Shown here: positions 10,664 through 23,400 of the stretch, piece by piece | How the letters are laid out: each line of letters begins with the position of its first letter | Position numbering within the stretch: the stretch's first letter is position 1 | Assembly: GCA_002269645.1 (NCBI GenBank) | Contig: NIVC01001071.1 | Location: 124,001 to 188,000, forward strand | DNA from: Macrostomum lignano | Lineage: Eukaryota | DNA: 64,000 nucleotides | Direction: 5' to 3' | Notes under the pieces: model-generated | What the model saw: the letters and a program-made list of their open reading frames with translations, nothing else | What the model was told of the DNA's origin: nothing | The model's database searches: none | Program-made: the position numbers and the translations under genes

Positions 10664-12321
10664 AGTTAATCTCCGGCGGAGATTTAAATCTCCGCTCCCT
10701 GTATTGTCTATGGTAAAATACTAAGTCTAAATCAAAGAGGACTGATGGTTTAGGAAGAGAGAAGCAAGCTGTGAAATAAACAAGCCACAAATTTTACCAA
10801 AATGGAGGAGCTAACCGCTGACGGTGTAATGGAAGTGATGCGAACGATTACCAATGAAGAAGCGTCTACAGTGCAAAGCACTAGCACCAACGTTAACGTC
10901 CGGCTTGCCGAATTTAGAGACTCGCGAATTCCAAAAACAACGGCCACAAAGGTTCGTAGCAATTGGAATAAACTGTGCGCTTGGTATACTGACTGGCGAG
11001 TGCGCCAAACTGCTCAGTTGAAAGTTGTGAAGGATATGTTCGAGTGGAGCAAGAAGGAATGGGACTACGTGCTGCAGTGCTTTCTGCTTGAACTGCGCAA
11101 GGACAACGGAGATATGTACCCGCCTGCCACGATCAAAGGTTTTGTCGCCAGTATCCAGTTCCACCTACAAACAAAGTTTCTGCATGATTGGTCCATCTTC
11201 AAGGACAACGAGTTCGTCCTAACCAGGCAGTGCATCGACGCCGCCATGAAATTGAGTGCCAAATCAGGTTTTCATCTTACACCAAAGCGAGCGAGGGTAA
11301 TCGGCCTAGACGAAGAAGTGCAACTCTGGCAGAGGGACGTTTCGGAATGTCTAATCCGACGCAGCTGGTGACTACCCTGCTGTACCACTTAGGTCTGCAC
11401 CCATCGCTCAGAGCGAGTGCTGAACATCGCGCGTTAGAATTCGGTGAGCGATCGCAGCTTGTGCTCGTCAAGGAAAATGACACTGAATGTCTGGTGTACA
11501 CCGAGCGAATGTCGAAGAACGGGAGAGTTGGTTTGCACAAGGCACACGTTGAGCCGAAAACAACCAGGATCTATTCGAATGGCGACCCAGACAAATGTGT
11601 CATCACGATGTATAAGACCTACGTTCGTCACCGGCCGGAGCAATTCGGACTCAAGGGTCACTCTGCGTTCTATCTGACACCGATCAAGGCGCCGACATCT
11701 GATATATGGTATCGTAGTCAACCAATGGGTGTGCATACGATTGAAAACGTCGTGAAGAATCTGTTCTCTGGCAAGCAGATTGAAGCCGGCAGTACGACCG
11801 GACCTATCACGAACAGTAGTCTGCGTCGGACCTGCAAGACTAGGTTGGTGGAAGGCGGCATCAGTAAGGAAATAGCAAGCCAGAAGACTGGAAGGATTAC
11901 CGAAAAGGCTGACAGGTCCTACATCGACGTCCGTAAGTCAGAGAAGAACATGTCGGCAGTACTATATGGAGAGCCCACTGCCGCAGCCAAAACGAGCGGC
12001 GTGAGTGAGGTTGAAACAGCAATTGCCAACGGCAACTCCAATATTTCCGGACCGCAGGCTTTGGCTCTAAGTCAACAATGGTCCGCCCCTGTACTAAACT
12101 TCTACGGGCCAACCACGATCAATTTCAGTTCCCCGACAAACAAGATGCAATAGTGATAGCAATAAAAAGTTGTAGACTAACGAACTAAAACAACTATAAC
12201 TGACTAAACGCTTGTTTGCCGTTTTAACGTTCAATAAATATACGTGTTCTTGTTTTACTATCAATTTTAAGTTTGTCTATGGTAGCGGAGTTAACGCTAC
12301 CAATAATCTCCGCGAGCTTAA
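10664..12321 (+). mobile_element. Crypton-type tyrosine-recombinase DNA transposon (DUF3504 group)
   Basis: A single YR reading frame bracketed by the 12-bp direct repeat ttgtctatggta (10704-10715, 12273-12284), with imperfect inverted repeats outside (10664-10696 vs 12284-12321). AATAAA lies at 12161. Confidence 0.8.
10802..12153 (+). CDS. Tyrosine recombinase, DUF3504/Crypton-like (~450 aa if one G is restored at 11334-11336)
   Basis: ORF 10802-11371 (LRKDNGDMYPPATIKGFVASIQFHL, IDAAMK) joins ORF 11188-12153 (FGMSNPTQL, LRASAEHR, ERMSKN, FYLTP, WYRSQPMGVHTI, TNSSLRRT, TGR, RSY) through a -1 shift at TGG CAG AG- GGA CGT. These motifs recall the DUF3504 domain of Crypton, ZMYM2/3/4, KCTD1 and QRICH1. 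Confidence 0.85.
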
Positions 12322-12399
12322 CACTAGGGACATAGGCAAGGCGAACAGGCAAAGTTGATTAAATATTCTATACTGCTTTTGCGAGCCAGGTTGATAGTC

Positions 12400-12679
12400 A
12401 AGCCAACCAAGTTGAGCTAGAATTCCCATTTGGCTGCAGTAGATTGGGTCTTGCCCATAGACATAAACATAGACAGAAAAAGCGAGGTCGATTTTTAAGC
12501 ATGCTTTCTACCAGCTCTTAAGTTTACAAACAGTTTTGAAAACTGGGAGAGAGAGGTTGCTGCTGGCAAGCCCTTTTTGTGCTAATGTCTATGGCCGAAT
12601 TATTAACTGGCCCAGCTATGTCTATGGTCAAGACCAAATCTACTGCTGCCAAATGGGAATTCCCAAACGTGGTTGGCTT
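12400..12679. mobile_element. ~280-bp palindromic MITE-like element with inner CCATAGAC...GTCTATGG ends
   Basis: 12421-12465 (aattcccatttggctgcagtagattgggtcttgcccatagacata) is a near-perfect reverse complement of 12617-12661. The outer aagccaacca/tggttggctt pair also matches. Confidence 0.75.
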
Positions 12680-13234
12680 TACAAGAAACTTTGGATGGCA
12701 AAGGCAGTTACTAATGATGATGAATATAAGCACGTAACAAATTCAATAAATGCAGTAAATTTAATAAATACATAAATACATAAATACAGACTTACATGTA
12801 CCAGAACGGCAAGAAGGCTTATGCGAAGGCAGAATGGCAGCGGGTTTCAGTTGCAGCAGAAGATGCTTACTGTCCTGGGTAGCAGCAATGCGTATAGCTA
12901 AAGAAGCTGTTGAGCCTTAGTTCCTTGGTTTTAGAAGAGTCTTCTTCAGCTAGTTCCTATAGGTCGTCCCGTCTGATTGGTCGGCTAGCTATGGGCACAA
13001 AACGGAGGCTCAATCGGAAAGGAAAATGTTTATTCCTCTGAGCACTGGAGGAGCAGATTCAAAGCATCTTAACTATTTTATTATTCAACTTGAATTGATC
13101 TACTAGTCACCTAGACAATGCAAAATTGAATTTATTCTATGAAAATTAAAGTATATTTAATTCGTTAGGACGCTAAAGTTATCCTGAAGAAACTATTTTT
13201 AATAATAAATTCTAGTTGGCCTTTTAGCTCTCTA

Positions 13235-14420
13235 GCCACTGCAGTCACTCTTCAGTCACTTTAGCCACACTCTAGTCATTCTCTAGTTACTCTAGTCACT
13301 CTAGTCACTATAGTCCCTCTCTAGTCACTATAGTCCCTCTCTTTAGTCACTCACTCTAGTCATTCACTAGTTGCTCTCTTAGTCACTCCCTCTAGTCACT
13401 CTAGTCACTCTCTAGTCACTCTCTAGTCACTCTCTAGACACTATAGTCCCTCTCTCTAGTCACTCACTCTAGTCACTCTCTAGTCACTCTCTAGACACTA
13501 TAGTCCCTCTCTCTAGTCACTCACTCTAGTCACTCGCTAGTTGCTCTCTTAGTCACTCCCTCTAGTCACTAGTCACTCTCTAGTCACTCTCTAGTCACTC
13601 TAGTCACTCACTAATTGCTCTCTTAGTCACTCCCTCTAGTCACTCTAATCACTCTAGTCACTCTAGCCACTCTAGTCACTCTAGTCACTCTAGTCACTCT
13701 AGTCACTATAGTCCCTCTCTAGTCACTATAGTCCCTCTCTGATCACTATAGTCCCTCTCTCTAGTCACTCTCTCTAGTCACTCACTAGTTGCTCTCTTAG
13801 TCACTCCCTCTAGCCACTCTAGTCACTCTCTAGTCACTCTAGTCACTCTCTCTCTAGTCACTCTAGTCACTCTCTAGTTAATCTCTAGTCACTTTCTAGT
13901 CACTCTCTAGTTACTCTCTAGTCACTCTCTAGTCACTCTCTAGTTACTCTCTAGTCACTCTCTAGTCACTCTCTAGTCACTGTCTAGTTACTCTCTAGTT
14001 ACTCTCTAGTTACTCCTTTACTCACTCTCTCTAGTCACTCTCTATAGTCTCTCTGGCCACCTTCTAGTCAATCTAGCCACTCTCTAGTCACTCTCTAGTT
14101 AATCTCTAGTCACTTTCTAGTCACTCTCTAGTTACTCTCTAGTCACTCTCTAGTTACTCTCTAGTTACTCTCTAGTTACTCCTTTACTCACTCTCTCTAG
14201 TCACTCTCTATAGTCTCTCTGGCCACCTTCTAGTCAGTCTAGCCACTCTCTAGTCACTCTCTAGTTAATCTCTAGTCACTTTCTAGTCACTCTCTAGTTA
14301 CTCTCTAGTCACTCTCTAGTCACTCTCTAGTTACTCTCTAGTCACTCTCTAGTCACTCTCTAGTCACTGTCTAGTTACTCTCTAGTCACTCTACTCACTC
14401 TCTAGGCACTCTTTTCTATC
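13235..14420. repeat. Degenerate 9-11-bp satellite (ctctagtca/ctctagtcact)
   Basis: Direct inspection; internal re-duplications (e.g. 14020-14160 and 14180-14330). Confidence 0.9.
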
Positions 14421-15065
14421 CGTGGTCACTCCAGTATTCTAGCTACTCATTAGTCCCTCTAGTAGCTGTGTCCTAGACACTATATTAGTAATTAGGACTC
14501 GCTAGTCACTCTAAACTATCACTCCGGGCATCCTGGTCACTCCACGATCACTCTGCATACTTTCTAGTCACTCTATATAGTCACACAGCAGCAGATATTG
14601 CCTTTCTGATCTAATTATCTTTGTCATTTTAAGTCAATGTTCGAGTTGATTACTGTACTGAAGTGTTCATGTAAGGGCTAGATTTAAAAGGATCAGCCGC
14701 TCAAGAGCTAAAACGCGAGCAATCAAATGGAGCAGATCTCCGAAGTTAAATTTTCTGCAGGCTTGTGCTATAGATATTGAAGCTATAAATAGTTAAAAAT
14801 TCGTCCTGTAAAGTTAATAACTCTGCTATGAATGTTGCATCAAGAGGCTTATAATTTCCTAGCCAGTCCTTCCAGATTCGGGAAGACCCAGCTGATAGAG
14901 AAGATGCTGTGGGGCACCAGCTCACTCTGCATGCACCGCGAGAGAGCCTGAATACGTGAGATAAGCGTGCATGAGAACATGACATTGAGTTTTATGCCCC
15001 ATAAAATTAAGAAAATTCCCAGCTGTGCAGACAGTGCAGGGTCACCGAATGTACTTCTGCATGAG

Positions 15066-15342
15066 GATCTGGGAGGCTGCTGGCTCAGCAACTGAAAATC
15101 TGGGAGGCTGGCCCAGCAACTGAAAATCTGGGAGGCTGGCCCAGCAACTGAGGATCTGGGAGGCTGGCCCAGCAACTGAGGATCTGGGAGGCTGGCCCAG
15201 CAGCTGAGGATCTGGGAGGCTGGCCCAGCAGCTGAGGATCTGGGAGGCTGGCCCAGCAACTGAAAATCTGGGAGGCTGGCCCAGCAGCTGAGGATCTGGG
15301 AGGCTGGCCCAGCAACTGAAAATCTGGGAGGCTGGCCCAGCG
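15066..15342. repeat. 28-bp minisatellite (aaatctgggaggctggcccagcaactga) x ~10
   Basis: tgggaggctg recurs every 28 bp. Confidence 0.95.
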
Positions 15343-15690
15343 ACTATGGGAATCGGTGTACTTTTTTAATTATCGCCCATTTCTATTGCTCAAATTGTGT
15401 ATGCTTTCATCAAGGAAATATCATGTCTATTTTAATCCAGTTGAAAACTACACAGTTTAAGAGCATGTCCCACTGCCGTGTGGAATTTCCTAATTTGGTA
15501 TGCAGTCCGCGCGCATCAGGTGTGACACTTCATACGAATAAGACGCAAGAACAAGGGGCATATTTTGGTGCAACTAATTAGCGAGCTTGCATCGTTGAAT
15601 CCTTGCCTAAGCTTTTTAATCACAGGCGACTACTGTGGGCAGTGCTGAAAATCGGAATTGGAATTAAATGGAAAGCACCTTGGAAAGTCA

Positions 15691-16280
<590 letters not shown>

Positions 16281-16857
16281 GCACATAAGAGCACAAGAAA
16301 TAAACTGCGAGCTAAAAGGAGAAAAATTTCAAATTTGTTTTAACAGTAGCAGGATTATATTTTCACACTTCAACAACACACATGTAGAGGGTTTTGCGGA
16401 ACAAGCGCACAATGAAACACGGTATTTTATTTAATTTAATTTCAATACTCTTAGTTAAATTCAATTCGTGTATAAATAAAAATGCAAATATGTGCCACTT
16501 TTCAGACAGTATGGACAGGGTCGTACATTTGCTAGTGAGCGCAATTTGATGCATGCATGTTCAATGCAGAGGAGGAATAGAGATATATATTGATGAGCAG
16601 GTACACGGTGCCCTGGGCAGACTGAGGTTTGCTCACGGTTTTGCTTTTGTACACAGAATGACCAGGTGAGACTTGAGTTTAGGGTACATAGGAATGTAAA
16701 ACTTTATTGCTACTGGTCTAGCGTTCAAATTATTTTGTTAATCTTGAAATATTTACCAAGGTGATAATAGATTGAGTCTTACAAACCTCAACCTTGAGAT
16801 ACCAAACTGAATACTATAATATAATTCTTGAGATACAAAAGTGAAGCCTAGAAATCC

Positions 16858-17280
16858 CAACCTTGAGATACTAAAGTGAAGCCTAAAATGCTCATCCTTG
16901 AGATACTAAAGTGAAGAAGCCTAGAATGCTCACCCTTGAGATACTAAAGTGAAGCCAAGGAATCTGACCCTTGAGATACTAAGGTGAAGCCAAGGAATCT
17001 AACCCTTGAGATACTAAGGTGAAGCCAAGGAATCTAACCCTTGAGATACTAAGGTGAAGCCAAGGAATCTAACCCTTGAGATACTAAGGTGAAGCCAAGG
17101 AATCTCATCCATGAGATACTAAAGTGAAGCCTAGAATGCTCACCCTTGAGATACTAAAGTGAAGCCTAGAATGCTCACCCTTGAGATACTAAAGTGAAGC
17201 CAAGGAATCTCACCCTTGAGATACTAAAGTGAAGCCTAGAATGCTCACCCTTGAGATACTAAAGTGAAGCCTAGAAATCT
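16858..17280. repeat. 35-bp minisatellite (ccttgagatactaaagtgaagcctagaatgctcac) x ~12
   Basis: Direct inspection. Confidence 0.93.
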
Positions 17281-17474
17281 CACCGTTAAGATTAGCCAAG
17301 TAACTGCAGTAATCGCACCGCGCAGTGCTAAGTAAACATTTAAATCTCATCATTAGAATTCAGATTGCAGAGCAAATTTAAATATCTATCTCTGCCGCGC
17401 AGTCAACAAAAAGGAATAGGTTATTTGGAAAACATTGACAACAAATTCAAACAAAATCAATGCTAATTTTTAGT

Positions 17475-20400
17475 TCACGAGTCAGCCGCTGCTGCTGACT
17501 GCTGCTGCTGTTGTTGTCGTTTCTTTCTACGAAATCGGGGATCGTTGATGTAGGACCGATTCTCCAGACCGCCGCGACCGTCCGATGCGAAGGCGGAGGC
17601 GGCGGCGGAGGCGGCAGACGGGGCACCGGCGGCGGAGGCCGCAGAGGCTGGCACTGTTGAAGCCTCATCAACCAGGGCAGCCGAGCGCTCGTTCAACTGC
17701 AGCTTGGCGGATTTCGAAGACAGCTTTCCAGCTGTTGGCGTTGGCAGCGAGGCTAAACTTGATGACGAAGGCGGGTGAAGCAGAGCCTCTGGCAGCGGGG
17801 GGGCACCCGAGTTTTTCTGCTCCTGTTGCTGCTGCTGCTGGCCAGTTGGCGAAGTGGCCGAAGAAAATCTCTGAGCATTTTTAGCGCCAGCTTCTGGCGA
17901 CTTCAAAGGCGCCGCTAATTGGCCTCGAAGCCGGGGATCGTTGGCCAGATGAGGCAGGTCAGTTGGCAGCTTCATCAACGGGTACGGCACCTTTTTTAGT
18001 GCATCGATTGGCACCAGCTTCCATTTGTAGGGGCGCGAGAATTGCCGGCTGAGTAGCGAGGGAGGCTTTTGCTGCTGCTGCTGCTGTGGCTGCGGCTGCG
18101 GCGGCGGTGGCGGCGGCGGAGACGCAGGCTGAGACCGGGGAGACTGGGCAGATTCGGCCGTGGGAGGCTGCAGCTGCATTTGGTGAATGGGCAAATTAAG
18201 CAAATATTATAGGGATTTTGAATGTAAAAACTGGGCTTTTGAATGTCAAGGATTGGGATTTCTAGTATAGAAATGGGATTTTTAATGTGGGAATGGGATT
18301 CCTAATGTGGGAATGGGATTCCTAATGTGGGAATGGGATTCCTAATGTGGGAATGGGATTCCTAATGTGGGAATGGGATTCCTAATGTGGGCATGGGATT
18401 CCTAATGTGGGAATGGGATTCCTAATGTGGGAATGGGATTCCTAATGTGGGAATGGGATTCCTAATGTGGGAATGGGATTCCTAATGTGGGAATGGGATT
18501 CCTAATGTGGGAATGGGATTCCTAATGTGGGAATGGGATTTCTAATGTGGGCATGGGATTCCTAATGTGGGAATGGGATTCCTAATGTGGGCATGGGATT
18601 CCTAATGTGGGCATGGGATTCCTAATGTGGGAATGGGATTCCTAATGTGGGAATGGGATTCCTAATGTGGGAATGGGATTCCTAATGTGGGAATGGGATT
18701 CCTAATGTGGGAATGGGATTCCTAATGTGGGCATGGGATTCCTAATGTGGGCATGGGATTCCTAAATTGGGAATGGGATTCCTTATGTGGGCATGGGATT
18801 CCTAATGTGGGAATGGGATTTCTAATACAGAAATGGGATTTTTAATGTGGGAATGGGATTTCTAATACAGAAATGGGATTTTTAATGTGGGAATGGGATT
18901 TCTAATACAGAAATGGGATTTTTAATGTGGGAATGGGATTTCTAATACAGAAATGGGATTTTTAATGTGGGAATGGGGTTTCTAATGTGGGAATGGGATT
19001 TTTAATATGGAAACCATGATCTAGAAACTCAGATTGGGATTGAAAGTACATTGCATTGGGGCGTATCGACATAACATCTGGACACTTGGCTATAAAAAAC
19101 AAGCACTGCACTCACCGAGGGTCTGTAGGCGGCAGGTGCGGCAGTCACTTCCGGTCCAGTTCCGGTCATTGAAGAGCCGGCAGACGCGGACTGCGCGGTG
19201 TGCAGCTGCTGATGCTGGCTGAATGGGCTGGGGTTTTTCTACAAAAAAGAAGCATTTTTTTGGAGACTTTGTAAAGCCGATCGTGAGGAAGAGAGGAGAA
19301 AGATAATTTCCCTTTCCCCAGTCTTCCCGGGGCAAGCAAATTATTGACTAATATGCATCGCATTGTCCAAACAGGGGCAGCCAAGCGGAAGCCACAGGTG
19401 GCTGGCCTTTCTGCGCCAGCTCAGATTTTGATGAAATAATTAAACAGGAAGCAAATTTTTTAAAGATAAAACGGAACGCAAGCAGAGTAAAAGGGGAGGC
19501 TGGACTTCGAAGCTCGGTAACTAATAATAAGAGGCAATAAGCTGCATCATTAGAGACTGAGAATGAGTGAGATATTGAAGGAAAGTCCAGGTTATATCAA
19601 GTAAATTCTAAACTTTTACAGAAGGGCTGCGCGAACGCACCCTGACGCAACGATTTCAAATTGGCGGAATCGTACCACTGCCAGTGCTGAGGCAATTCTG
19701 CCCATTCCTGAGAACATACAAGCGCACCATCACTGTGTACAGGCACAGCGGCCCCGACTTTCAAATCGTCAGGCATGTACAATCTACTGTGCTTTGGGGG
19801 ATGGCCTTCAATAGGAGTGAACCGCACGTCGTGACGCAAGAGTCGGAAGCGTATACCACGGAGCGGAGTGAGGTGGGTGCAGGGGAGTGGGGTGGGTGCA
19901 GGGGAGTGGGGTGGGTGCAGGGGAGTGAGGTGGGTGCAGGGGAGTGGGGTGGGTGCAGGGAGTGAGGTGGGTGCAGGGGAGTGAGGTGGGTGCAGGGGAG
20001 TGAGGTGGGTGCAAGGGAGTGAGGTGGGTGCAGGGGAGTGAGGTGGGTACAGCGGAGTGAGGTGGGTGCAGGGGAGTGAGGCGGGTGCAGGGGAGTGAGG
20101 TGGGTGCAGGGGAGTTAGATGGGTGCAAGGGAGTGAGGTGGGTGCAGGGGAGTGAGGTGGGTGCAGGGGAGTGAGGTGGGTGCAGGGGAGTGAGGTGGGT
20201 GCAGGGGAGTGAGGTGGGTGCAGGGGAGTGAGGTGGGTGCAGGGGAGTGAGGTGGGTGCAGGGGAGTGAGGTGGGTGCAGGGGAGTGAGGTGGGTACAGA
20301 GGAATGAGTCGGGTGCGGAGAAGTGAAGTTGGTGCAGGAGTAGAAGTGGAGGATGAAGGCATCGATATATCAGTGTGCCTGGGGGAAAGTTGTGCAGCAA

Positions 20401-23400
20401 CAGATCAAGCCTCACCGCAGCGCTAGCTGGTGGCGGCGGCCGACGAAACTCGCTGAGCTCAAACAGATCGGCGGCATCCGCTGCAGCTCGATCAGACACT
20501 TCACTGTCGGCCGCGCTTGAAGAGACGGTTGCGTTGCCTTTGATCATGTCTTTGAGCAAGCTGGCAACGGCATTCAAAGCGGCGTCTTCGGTCATGCCGC
20601 TTACACCAGACGGGGTGGAAGTCTGCTGCTGCTGCTGCTGCTGCTGCATGTAAGCGCCTGGCGGAGGCGGAGGTGGGTGACCAAAATGATTTGGCGGCAT
20701 TTGAGCTCGCTGATGATGCGGCATCAGCGGATTCGGATGAAAGCCGGACAGGCCGATTGGAGGCAAACCGCCGCCAGATCCGGCCATTGGCGGCGGCGGC
20801 ACATTGCGGAAGTATTGCATCCGGTTGGGCGCAAATAGGCTGCCGATTGCTGGCGGCTGCGGCTGCGGCGGCGGCGGCCGTTGCTGGTGAATCGATGAAG
20901 GCGGAATGAGCGGCGGTGGCTGCGGATGCGGCTGTGTCGGCGGCGGCGGCGGCTGTGAGAAGCCCGGAGGCGGGCCGTCAAGGAAGCTGCCTAGCAGTGC
21001 TGTCGACGTATGCGGCGGATTCTGATGCGGCGGCCTGAAATGCAAAATTGAATGAGGGAGGTGAGTGAATGAGTCGGTGAGGATCGAGTTGGTGAAGGAG
21101 TGAGGTGAGTGAATGAGTCGGTGAGGATCGAGTTGGTGAAGGAGTGAGGTGAGTGAATGAGTCGGTGAGGATCGAGTTGGTGAAGGAGTGAGGTGAGTGA
21201 ATGAGTCGGTGAGGATCGAGTTGGTGAAGGAGTGAGGTGAGTGAATGAGTCGGTGAGGATCGAGTTGGTGAAGGAGTGAGGTGAGTGAATGAGTCGGTGA
21301 GGATCGAGTTGGTGAAGGAGTGAGGTGAGTGAATGAGTCGCTGAGGATCGAGTTGGTGATGGGGTGAGGTGAGTGAATGAGTCGGTGAGGATCGAGTTGG
21401 TGAAGGAGTGAGGTGAGTGAACGAGTCGGTGAGGATCGAGTTGGTGAAGGAGTGAGGTGAGTGAACGAGTCGGTGAGGATCGAGTTGGTGAAGGAGTGAG
21501 GTGAGTGAATGAGTCGGTGAGGATCGAGTTGGTGAAGGAGTCAGGTGAGTGAATGAGTCGGTGAGGATCGAGTTGGTGAAGGAGTGAGGTGAGTGAACGA
21601 GTCGGTGAGGATCGAGTTGGTGAAGGAGTGAGGTGAGTGAATGAGTCGGTGAGGATCGAGTTGGTGAAGGAGTGAGGTGAGTGAACGAGTCGGTGAGGAT
21701 CGAGTTGGTGAAGGAGTGAGGTGAGTGAATGAGTCGGTGAGGATCGAGTTGGTGAAGGAGTGAGGTGAGTGAATGAGTCGGTGAGGATCGAGTTGGTGAA
21801 GGAGTGAGGTGAGTAAAAAGCCTGCAACTCAGACGGAGCGCCCATGATGAGAAATGAACCTTCAAAAGCGTCAACTGGTATATGATAATTAAACAGAGAA
21901 ACCGTAACATATTTTTAACTTCAAGAACACAAATAACAATGTAAATCTTTTCTTCATCCTCACACTAGCATCATGAGCGGGCGGATCAGAGGCGCGGGGG
22001 GCAGAGGGGGCGCAGGGGGCATACGGATAGGCAGGCCCCTCGCCGAATGCAGCTGCATGGGCCTTGGCCAATTCGACTCAGATAAAATTTCGGCGCCACA
22101 AATAGCGACTCTGCTGCTATTTGAATCAACTTCGGACATTCCTCCTACAGGCGGCTGCTGGTTTAGTTGCTGGGCGACACAACTTCCAAGGTCGCTTTTA
22201 GTAAATAAAGTAGATTAATCCAATGGAGAAACTTTGCTTCGTCAATCAAAAGAAGATTTAAAAAATCGGGACGCAGAAGATTAAAGACTTTTTTGTCTTT
22301 TAAAGTCAGAAAATTTATAATGAACTTCTGCCGGAACAAAGATAGAAGGTTGCGCGGCTTATGGCTGTTCTTTTTTAAATCAATAGACAAACTCTAGGCC
22401 ATACCATATATGATGGGCATTGATTAACATTCATCTGTGCACTGCTTTTGATTCACTGCTGCTAGATCTATTGGGCCTTTGCAGGATTTTCACTTCCGCA
22501 CAGCAACAGCCGCACAGGTTATGGTGAATGGGAGGGTTGCCTGGACAAAGAGGCTTCAAAGCTCCAATTTGCAATGAGAATGATTCGAAAAAGAGTATAT
22601 GTCATATTCATATGTCATATTCATAGAAAACTACAAAGGCTTTCCACTCCAGACTGGAAAACAAATTATTATCTTGACATTTACCAGCATTCAGTCTTCA
22701 CTTGGCGTTTTAAGCTATAATACCCTCCTTTATCCCTAACCATTACCCCAAGGCACCGATTGTTCATTAAATTGCAGGCTAAATTAATGCATGAGATGCA
22801 TTCCTTCTCACCTGAAAGTGGCTGCCCCGCCAGCGTCATTTGAGCTGCTGCCCAGCTGTTGCTGACTAAGTATTGATACAGGCGGCTGCTGATGGTGATG
22901 CGATTGACTGGAGTTCGGCGCCGATGAAGTTGGCACACCTGGAGAAAGTGAAAATATTATTTAATATTCTTTGCTCCTAAAAGCTCATTTGGCAGCATTT
23001 TAGTTTTATTCCACGACAGCAACCACTACATCTGCATTTAGTTCGGTCTTCAGAGATCACTCGTCACACACGCAAACATTATACAAGTCAATCACAAACA
23101 GCACGCAAGAGGCACACAACTTACCAAGCAAACTTTTGAATCGTTCAGCTTCGGCTAGACTGTGCTGATGCGCCAATTCCTCCTTGTCATCCTCGTTAAG
23201 TGCGAATGGCTGTAAAGCAATTTATTTGACGGCGGGGAATAACGAGTTAGATAGATAGAAGACAGATCAAGGCATCGATTACTTCTAATAGCAAGAACCA
23301 ACCAACATTATGATGCAAACATGTAAAACCTTTAATAAACACTCAACAATAAGTTTAGTTTAGAAAATTATTTCTCATCCTATAATACTCTGATCAACTT

